This document shows positions 55,015-64,000 of a DNA stretch of 64,000 nucleotides, one piece after another. Under the pieces are notes generated by a model. It had not been told where the DNA came from and did not search any database. It saw nothing but the letters and a program-made list of their open reading frames with translations. How positions within the stretch are numbered: the first letter of the stretch is position 1; each line of letters opens with the position of its first letter. A program made the translations under genes and the position numbers. This stretch comes from Felis catus (taxonomy: Eukaryota): positions 496,001 through 560,000 of the forward strand of contig NC_058369.1 of assembly GCF_018350175.1 (NCBI RefSeq). The letters run 5' to 3'.

Positions 55015-55835
55015 CTCCTGGGTGGGGATATAAAATGGAGTGGATGGAAAACAGTCCGGCAGCTGCTCACAAGGTTAAACGAGACTTACCATCTGACCCG
55101 ACAATTCCGCTCCTAGGTGCATACCAAGGAGAAACGAAAGTGTACGAAAAGAGGGAGGGGGACAAAACAGAAGAGACTCATAAATATGGGGAACAAACAG
55201 AGGCTTGCTGGAGGGGCTGTGGGAGGGGGGATGGGCCAAATGGGAAAGGGGCATTAAGGAATCTACTCCTGGAAATCATTGTTGCGCTATATGCTAACTA
55301 ATTTGGATGTAAATTAAAGCAAAAAAAATTTTTTTTTAATTAAAAAAATGAAAATGTATGCCCATACAAACACTTGTACAGCATTACAAAGGCAAAAGTT
55401 CAAAACAACCAAATTCCATCAATATATGAACAGGTAAACACACTGTGTCCGCCACGCATGGGAACATCACTTGGCCTCGAACAGAGCAGGAGTGAGGCGC
55501 CCACACCCGCCGCCCCGCGGATGGACCCCGAACACACGACTCTCAGGGAGGGAACCCGACACGAGACGCCACACGGGGTGTGAATCCACGTGTGTGAAAC
55601 TTCCAGAACAGGCTCTTCCACAGACAGGAAGGGGCTCGCTCGTGGGGGCTGGGGGCTGGGGGAGGGGACAGGGAGTGACTGATGATGGGGACTGGGTTTC
55701 CTTTGGGGTGATGGGATGTTCTGGAATTACCTAGCGGAGATGGTTGTACATTTTAAATATCTTAAAAAAAAAGTGTGCACTTCAAAAGGGCTAAAATAGT
55801 GGATTTTATGTTATGTGAATTTTATCTCAATTAGA
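55015..55835 (+). mobile_element. Old L1 3' UTR with a younger L1 3' end nested at ~55147-55345
   Basis: GACCCGACAATTCCGCTCCTAGG; insert ends TATGCTAACTAATTTGGATGTAAATT plus A run; degenerate duplication GAAACGAAAGTGTACG / AAAATGAAAATGTATG. Confidence 0.75.
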
Positions 55836-57289
55836 AAAACTTTCCACTTTGAAAAGGCCTCTCGCCAGTGGCCAGCTGAGCCCCCTCACTGGGGACACAC
55901 AGGAACTGAGGCCACCACAGGGAAGCCTTCCTGGAGCCTTGAGACTTTCCCAAGACTCCACGGCCCCCTCTGTGAGACGGAGTGTCTCTGGCAGAAGCCG
56001 TGAAGCCCGGACGCCCCACCGGCAGCTCCGGCTGGCCTCCACATGGGTGGTTGTCTCCGCCTCTGGCCACCTCAGGACATGGGTGCTGTCAGCTCGCGCC
56101 ACCTCTCTCCTCCTGCAGGGTGGGCACAAGGGCGTTGCCCCGAGCTGTTTTTCTGGCCCATCCTGCAATAACCAACAGCCTCGGGGGCCATCTGTATGAC
56201 AAAGTTATAGGTCACAACTGCGGCAAAAGTGAAAACAGCAGTCTTCCCCCAGGGCCAGACCAGGCTCCTTCCCCAATGTGGCCGTGACACCCCGCGGTTC
56301 CAGGGAGGAAGCAATATGGGCGGCGCGCCGGGGTGGGGGTGGGGGGGTGCTCCTTCTTGAGAAGTGAGGCTGCCCAGGTGGGACTATGGGGGCTCTCTTC
56401 CAGGAGGTGACTCAGACAAGTGGGCCTCTGGTAGCCGCACTGGAGGGAGGAGGCCACGTGAAGGCCATTGTGCAAGACAGGACCTGGCCGTTGGAATGGG
56501 CTTCCTCATTTCATTGCACTTCTACCTCTAAGCGTAGCGCAAGGCCAAGGGCCCCAGCTCTGCCCTTTGGCAAGCCTGGGTGGGAGGGGGGTCTCATTGG
56601 CGCCCCCCAAGTGAACCAAGCCGAGAGTCCTACCCCCCCCACCCCCGTTTCTGCAGCAATGTTCACGGGAGGATCCGAGAAGGGGATAAGAAGTGCGCTG
56701 TAACACAAGATGAAAACACCCACTCGTCCACAGGTCAAAGTCCAGGCAGCGTTGGGAGTGGGGGCGGCCGGGCCGCTGAGGAATTCCTTGGCTCAATTCC
56801 CAAGAGCGGGCGGTTCTGTCTTCTGGACCGACTCGGCCAAATGCCCGAGCACGCCTGCACTGTGTGCAGACTACTCCCCTGGCGTGTGCCGCCGCTGCCC
56901 CGCACACACCTGCGCGTCCTCGAGGCCACAGGGGCCCGCTAACCGTCGCCTGGTTAGTGGCCCCGGGCTCACGCGCTGCTTGTAACGGCGGGCGCTCGCC
57001 GCTGGGTGGTCCCCGGCCTTCGCTGGGCCCACGGGCGGGGCGCCCCCGCAGCGACACCGCAGTCTTCAGTGAGCGGGAGTCTGACCCCGACTGACTTTAC
57101 TTTTAAAAGAAAATCTCCAGTGTTCAAAGAGCTGGGCGATATTTCTGGGAGTTCGAGCCCCCCACCACGCGTTTCCAGTACTATCTCAAGTGGTCAGGCA
57201 TCCCGCGGTGCCGAGGTCAACCAGCCGGATAACCGTCCTAAACTCGCCAACGCGCCGCGCCGCCTGCGCGGACCTCGCAGCCCTCCCCG

Positions 57290-57500
57290 CCGGCGAGCAT
57301 GCGCACTCGCGCAGAGCCGCGGAGCCGCAGCCCAGCCCGGCCCGGCCCCGACCCCGCCCGCCCCTCACCCCGGCCTCCCATTGGCTGGTGTCACCACGCG
57401 TCCGCCCCGCCTGCGCGTACAACCAATGAGGGCTCTGTTGGGCGTGGCCTAGGGCGGGGAGGCCAGGCCCGCCGGCGCGCGTCCATTGGTTGGCTCGGCG
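57290..57500 (+). promoter_or_regulatory. GPX4 promoter: multiple CCAAT boxes, GC boxes, NRF1-like site
   Basis: GCATGCGCA ~57297; CCATTGG ~57378; CCAAT ~57423; ATTGG ~57485; CCCCGCCC. Confidence 0.75.
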
Positions 57501-57539
57501 AGGGGAGGAGTCGCTGCCTCCGGCGCCCCCGCCGCCGCG

Positions 57540-59596
57540 ATGAACCTCAGCCGCCTGTGCCGCCTGCTGAAGCCGGCGCTACTGTGCGGAGCCCTGGCCG
57601 CACCCGGCCTGGCCGGCACCATGGTGAGCTGGGTACCGAAGGCGGGCCGACGGGCCGTTGGGCAGGCGCGCGGGGCCGCGGAGAACTCGGGCGGGGGGCG
57701 TTCGGGAGCAGGCCTGGGCAGGAGGGACCCCCGATGGGCGCCTCCAGGTTGCGTCGAGGGGGCTGGGGGGGCTTGGGCACCCTCGGCCGCTGGCGGCCCG
57801 GGCCGGGGCCCGGCGAACGGGAGGCGCCCGGTGGGCTGGAAACCCCGGGTCACGCGCCGCGGGGCGTCACCGCCCCTCCCCCGCCCCGTGCTCCCCTGGG
57901 CCCCGCGCGGTGGCGTCACAGACGGGCGGCCGGGCGCCCTGGCTACCGGCCCTTTGTCCCCCCGGCGCGGCCCTGGGGCACAGGCGCGGCCGGAAACGGT
58001 CCGGCATGGGCCGCACAGCCGCCGGCTCCCCGGGCCGCCGCGGGCAGCGGCGCCGGTTGCCGGGCAGGCGGCGGCGCCGAGTCCCCCCGCGGCGGAAGGC
58101 TGGGGCTTGCGGGCGCAAGAGGGCGCGCCCCCGACGGAAGGAGCCGCGTCTAGAGAGAGCGGGGCAGGCGGCGCTCGCAACCTGTGATAGCGGCTGTAGC
58201 GCCGATTCCCGGGATCCGGTGCGCGCGGGGCCCCCACACCCGACGCTGGAGCCACCTGGCGGGGTCCCAAACCCTCTTTGGGTCTCAGTGTCCTCTGTCA
58301 AATGCGCCCTGCCGCGCAAGCGGCGGGCGCCTTCGAGGAGGAGTCCTCAGTTTTTCCTTGTCTCGGGGACATGGTTTTCTTGGCGCGGATCCGCCTGGGA
58401 GTCCTTCCTCTGGGGACCCCGAGCTGGGCGATGGGCCAGGTGGCAGCGAGGTCCACAGGCCCCTCATGGTGCCCTTGCCTTACAGTGTGCCTCCCGAGAC
58501 GACTGGCGCTGTGCTCAGTCCATGCACGAGTTCTCAGCCAAGGACATCGATGGACACATGGTTAACCTGGACAAGTACCGGTGGGTACATACCTGCCTGG
58601 TGGGAGAGGCAGGGGAAAAGGTCGATGGCCCTGACCTGGCCTGACTGCACCATCTCTCCTCCAGAGGCTTCGTGTGCATAGTCACCAACGTGGCCTCGCA
58701 ATGAGGCAAAACGGAGGTAAACTATACTCAGCTTGTCGACCTGCACGCCAGATACGCTGAGTGTGGTTTACGGATCCTGGCCTTCCCTTGCAACCAGTTC
58801 GGGAGGCAGGTACGTACTTGGCCAGCTGTGTCCCTAGGTGTCCCTGTGTCGGGATGGTCGAGACTAGGGTGGGCGGGTGTGGGGAGGAGATCTGGGTCGG
58901 GCCTGTGGCTGCGGGGACCAGGGGGAGTCCAGGCTTGTCCTCACTCACCCCAATGCCCCTGCTTGCCCCAGGAACCAGGGAGTAACGCGGAGATCAAGGA
59001 GTTCGCTGCTGGCTATAATGTCAAGTTCGATATGTTCAGCAAGATCTGTGTGAACGGGGATGATGCCCACCCGCTGTGGAAGTGGATGAAAGTCCAGCCC
59101 AAGGGGAGGGGCATCTTGGGAAAGTGAGTGCAGGGCAAAGGAGGGGGCAGGGTGGTCCGCAGGGACCCCGGGGGGTCCGCAATCGCCACAGATTTCTCAT
59201 GATCTCACATTTGTCTTCTAGTGCCATCAAATGGAACTTCACCAAGGTAAGAAGGGGGAAGGGGGGACAGGCTAGGACCGTGTCCAGGGCCAGCTCCTGC
59301 CCCTGGGTCCGTGTATTCAGCCACAGCTCAGTGCCCTGCCCAAAGGGACTCCAGCCCCAGCCCCAGGGGCCGCATTTCCCCCCCAGAGCTGCGGGGTCCC
59401 TGTTTTGACGCGGCCCCTTCCTGCAGTTCCTCATTGACAAGAATGGCTGCGTGGTGAAGCGGTACGGTCCCATGGAAGAGCCCCTGGTAGGTTCCTCTGC
59501 AGGGGCCCGCTGGGGGGTGGGGGCCAAGGAAGAGGCCAGCGCTGACCCCCTTTCCCCCCACAGGTGATCGAGAAGGACTTGCCCTGCTACCTCTAG
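57540..59596 (+). CDS. GPX4: Phospholipid hydroperoxide glutathione peroxidase, selenoprotein; 197 aa mitochondrial form, cytosolic start at 57621
   Basis: Exons 57540-57623, 58486-58580, 58665-58809, 58972-59123, 59222-59246, 59427-59486, 59564-59596 = 594 nt; in-frame TGA (Sec) 58702-58704 in NVASQUGKT; WNFTKFLID motif; AATAAA 59796-59801. Confidence 0.98.
58006..58218 (+). CDS. GPX4: GPX4 alternative first exon (nuclear/sperm-nucleus isoform, Arg-rich), 71 aa
   Basis: [31 protein letters not shown]...SRDP|GT, phase 0, in frame with exon 2. Confidence 0.88.
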
Positions 59597-59638
59597 CTCC
59601 ACAAGGATGCGCCGCCCCTGCCCCTCGGAGCCTTCTAC

Positions 59639-59717
59639 CCGGCACCCATGACGGTCTGCCTGAAAACCAGCCTGCTGGTGGGGCAGACCCGAGAACCCGG
59701 CGTGCACCCTCTGCCGG
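59639..59717 (+). promoter_or_regulatory. SECIS element in GPX4 3' UTR
   Basis: ATGA core at 59648; GGTCTGCC pairs with GGCAGACC; apical AAAA; GA on 3' side; closed by CCGGCA/TGCCGG. Confidence 0.93.
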
Positions 59718-62048
59718 AGGAAGGTTCCTCGGCCCGGCTCGTGGCTCGGCGCCCCCCCCACCCCCCCACCCCCCCACCGCTAGTTATCTTGTGGGAATAA
59801 AACGTACAAATTGGCCTGCTGCAAGTTCCTGCCTCCCTGGGGTGGGTTTGGGGGGTGGGGGGGGAAGCCTTTTGCCCTGGGGGCCTTCTGGTTCAGGGGC
59901 AGGAGGGTGGTGTTAGCTCCCCAGGCTCTTGTGAGTCCAGGAGTTCTCTGGCTTCCTAGGGCTGCGTCTGCGCCCGCTAATCTTAGCAGCCCCGCCTGCT
60001 GGGCACAGGCTGATCCTGGGGGAGGTGATAGGAATTACTGGCTGTGACTCATCCAGGGTATTAGCCCGCTGCTCAGGGCCTGCCTGTGGCCGGTCTTCCC
60101 CAGTGCCTAGATGGGAGGCCAAGGGGGCTGGGGCCTTGTGGCTCTGCCCACTGGAGGGACTAGGCACGTGGGGTGGGCTGAGCATCAGGCCGAGCTGGTC
60201 TGGGCACAGAGCCGTGCCAGGCAGGGCCTATGCACTAGACAGGCCTCACTGTTGGACACTGAGCCAGGGCATCCAGGCCTGCCCACGGGGCCTCATCTGG
60301 TGCGGCCGTGGGGGTGTTATCTACAGTCCCCCGCCCCAGGAAGGGGTGGGAATAGCCTGAGGCCATCAGTCCTGCAGGCCAACGCTCATCCACGGTCTGG
60401 GGGGCCTGGGAGGCATGGTCACAGCTTCCTGCCTATAGCTGCCTGGGGCCATCCTGGCAAGGGCGTAGAGGATGGCACGGCTGGAGAGCAGTTGGGTCTG
60501 TCCTGTCCCTCCTCCCCACCCCCCCCCAGCCCCCACCAATTTCCAGTGAAGGTCAGCAGCAGAGAGATGGGGCTGGAGGGCTGCAGTAGCCAGGCTGAGA
60601 ACCCCAGCCACCCTAGAGCTGCTTCCCCTGGGTCTCCCGGCTCCTCACCTGTCCACGTCCTGGCTGGTGGGAGACCCTTCTAACCTGAGGACCAGACCCG
60701 GGTGTGCTTCCGTGGCTTCCGGGAAGGGCCTGGCGTGCGTTCCTGCCTTCCCCAGGGCCCAGCTCTTGGCCCTCCTGTCCTGGGCTACCCCACCCACCTG
60801 AACCAACACCGTGAGGGAGCCTTGGGAATAAACCAGAGCAGGGACCGCAGCTGTGCACACCGGAGACTAGGGGAACTGCTCTGGAGAGCACCACCACCCT
60901 GAGCGTCCCGGGGTGTCGGCGGGGGGGGGGGTTGGGTCTCCCCGGCAGGCAGGAGGCAACCAGTGACTGGCCCAAGACACAGCAGGGCCGGCACGGGTTG
61001 GGCCAAGGCAGCTGGCCTGCCACGCTGGTGCCGGGAAGACACCGTAGACAACGGCCCCTTGTAGTGCGGGTCTGTCTCCTCAGCCCGGCCCTAGACCTCT
61101 ACCCTGGCCTCGGCCTCCCGCGGGTCTGGGAGAGGAGTGGGCTGGTCTCACCCGCCTGGCTCCCTCCTCAGGCAACAGCCCCCTCGACCTCCTCTGAGTG
61201 GGGCCGCCGTGGGCATCCGCTAAACGTTCCTGGGGGAGACACACCGTGCCTTCCTCTCCCTGTGGTCTCTGCAGGCTGGAAAAGCAGACAATCTGGGAGG
61301 TAGTGAAAAGGCACATATATTTAAAAAAAGATCTCTTTACATATGTACACCTGCATTAATTATAAATACACATAGAAACCAGGGATCCGCCCACACCGCC
61401 AGCTCCATGGCAGGTTCTGGGGCCTGGGAGAGAGGGCGGGGCAATAACTTAGGGAGCAGAGAGAGTGGGGAAGAATTGCATATATTAATGGGGGTGGGGT
61501 CTGTCCCATGGAGTCCCCCAGAGAAGGCAGGGCCCTGAGCACCTGGGGTTTCCTGAGTTTCCAGCTCTTGGGGCCACCCGGTTTTGTGGATTTCAGGGGT
61601 TTCTGGTCAGACCAGGCCCTGAGGGTGGGTGGGGTGAGGTGGGATGGGGAGCTCCTGCCTAGGCCTGGAGGGCAGGAGAGGGCAGAGGCACGGGCAGAGT
61701 GTGCCCCTCACCCCCGGGCCCTGCCCAAGCCTGGACCCCGCGACATCCTGAGTGGGACCTGCGCTGCCTGGGAGGGCCCCGAAGGGCGGGCAGCATCTTG
61801 AGGGGTCTGCCCGGTAGGGAAGGCACTACAGTGGAGGCCTCCGGAAGCTGGGGGAGGGGGTGGGGTGGGGGGGGGGGCGCGGCAGCCCCTCCCCGGAAGT
61901 CAGCAGGGGGGCCCTGGGCCCCGGCTCACCACCCGCCCGCCACCCAGGCCGGCAGGAGAGAAGTTCGAGAGTTCGAGTCCACGGAGACGTGCGTATTGCA
62001 GATAAGTAAGTTTCCCCTCGGACGCCGGCTGTGGGCCGCTTGCCGGGC

Positions 62049-63849
62049 CTACGAGCTGGGAAAGGGGGGGCCGAACTGGATGACGCTCTGCCGCTCGGGC
62101 CCCCCGCTCCCCGCGGGCGCTCCGGCCGCCCCGGCGCCAGGCCCGGCGTTGAGGGAGCGCAGCATGTCCTCCAGCACCTCCTTGAAGTTGATGTCACGGC
62201 GCTGGTGTGCCAAGGCCGCGGCTGCGGCGTCGGCTGCGGAGTCCGGGGCGCCCAGGGGCAGGCCGCCGGGGGCCGGCACGGGGTCGGGGGGCGGGAAGGC
62301 AAAGGGCGGGGGCTGCGGGAAGGCCTGGGCCGGCGGGCTGTAGGTGAGGTCCAGGACCTCGCCGGGGCCGCAAGGCAGCTCGAGTGGGCGCAGGGCGGGC
62401 GGCGGCGGCGGCGCGGGGAGGCCCCGGCCCCGCGCGTGCTTGCGCTTGACGTCGTCGTCCATGAGCTGTAGCTCCTGCAGCACGCGGCGCACGCAGCCCT
62501 CGGGGATCTTGATGCCTGGGGGCCGGGGCGGGTCAGGGCCTCTGAAGCGGTGCCTGCTCCCGCCCGGCCCCTCTGGCGTGCCCACCTGCTCACCGACTTG
62601 CTTCTTCTGGTCCTTGGTCTTGAGGCGCACGATCTGCAGGTAGCTGCTGCTGGTGACGTCGGCCATGACGGCGGCGATGCGGCCCCACACGCGCAGCAGG
62701 GCCCCGCACAGCATGTAGTGGTGCCGCAGCCGCAGGCCCTGCACGCAGTCCTTGCCCTCCTGCACCAGCCGGCAGTGCCGGTTCCTGCGCCGGGGCGGGG
62801 GAGGGGAGGCTCGGATCCCACGGGCCCCACGCACCGTCCTGCTCGCCGCCTCCGAGCTCCCTGAACGCCCCGGACGCCCAACGCGGCCCTCCCTCCCTTT
62901 GCCCTGTGCCATTTGTAGGGACCCTCCTCGTACACGTGCTTTGCAGAGAGGCCAGGGCCAGGCCGTGCAAAGCTGTCGCGCCCGCGTCCCAGTCCGACCC
63001 CGGCCCTCACCATGCGGTGTGGCTGCAGTGCGTCAGCGAGAAGGCGTAGCTGTTCTCCCAGTGCTCCCTGGCCTCCTCCGCCGTCACCTGGGGACACACA
63101 GCCGCGTGAGCCACCCGCACGGGCTGACCGTCCACGATTCCCAGCGCACGAGCGGGAAGCTGAGGTCCACGGTGCCCCAGGCCTGCTCCTCCTGCACCGG
63201 CAGCCGGGTGAGCTGGGCACAGAGGGCTGGCCTGGGGACCTGCAGAAAGGGGAGCACGTGCGCCAGGGGGCACAGGCACCCCCCCCCCCCCCGGCCCGTC
63301 AGCCGGCGCCTACCCAGTGGAACTTCCGGCACAGGCTGTCGAAGGTCTCCAGCTGGCTCTGCCGGCCCACGTTAGGCTTGTACACCGTGAAGTGCTTGCC
63401 GCGGTTCTGCTCCGCCAGGAGGCAGCTGGGCTTGTTGTCCCGGACCTGGGCAGGGGTGCGCGGGAGGTGGGGAGGGGGGGGCGATGGTGCCTGCCCCTCC
63501 CTGCCCCTCCCCTCCCCCTCCCCATCGGCTGGGGTCCCGCCCCTGGGGACATGTTGGGGGCCCCCCCGAGCCACCCACCTTGTAGGAGAGGTAGAAGCCG
63601 TCGTGGGGGCCCGTCAGCTCCAGGGACTTGGCGTAAGCCTCGTCCCATTTCAGGCCGCGGTCCACGCTGATCTGCAAGAGCATGCGGGCTCAGAGCGGGG
63701 TGAGGGGTGCTGGGACCGGGCCTGCACGTGCTGGGCGGCTTAGCGCCCACTCACCTTATAGAAGACCACCTGCCCATCCTGTGGGTGCCCAGGGGCAAGG
63801 AACACCTGCTGGCTCTCCTCATAGATCTCATCGACGCCTGGAGCCAGGT
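62049..63849 (-). CDS. SBNO2: Strawberry notch homolog 2, last six coding exons (gene continues beyond window)
   Basis: Exons (minus) 63849-63755, 63671-63579, 63445-63314, 63087-63011, 62784-62594, 62515-62049; [45 protein letters not shown]; 3' UTR runs to ~61300. Confidence 0.95.
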
Positions 63850-64000
63850 CTGCAGAGAGGACGAGCAGGGGTGAGACCCTCCCATCTGGGGGCCACGAGG
63901 CTCCAGGCTCTGGGCTTTCGGGAGCCGTACGTCCCAAGTTCTCGGGGACACCCCAGAGATGTCCACTAGGAAGTGCAGTGGATGCTCCCCCGGCAGAGAC

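Noticed and set aside
58702-58704. In-frame TGA in GPX4 as a pseudogenising stop
   Set aside because: It is the catalytic selenocysteine codon and a SECIS is present

Overview
Eukaryotic, very GC-rich mammalian genomic DNA. Carnivore tRNA-derived SINEs and an ERV-DC/FeLV-like provirus point to a felid, probably Felis. The gene order matches human 19p13.3: 3' end of a gammaretroviral provirus (env tail and 3' LTR, 1-865), CNN2 (+, 7 exons), a heavily decayed ABCA7 (+, ~15.0-29.4 kb), ARHGAP45/HMHA1 (+, 23 exons), POLR2E (-, 7 coding exons, one U12 intron), GPX4 (+, selenoprotein with mitochondrial/cytosolic and nuclear first exons and a SECIS), and the 3' end of SBNO2 (-). CNN2, ARHGAP45, POLR2E, GPX4 and the visible SBNO2 exons splice into clean reading frames. 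ABCA7 carries many frameshifts, stops, splice-site losses and deletions, so it looks like a unitary pseudogene. Other notable signals are three old L1 3'-UTR copies sharing a homogenised CpG-rich core, a duplicated in-frame donor in POLR2E, and an apparently lost donor in ARHGAP45. Comparisons with human proteins are from memory, not from a computed alignment.
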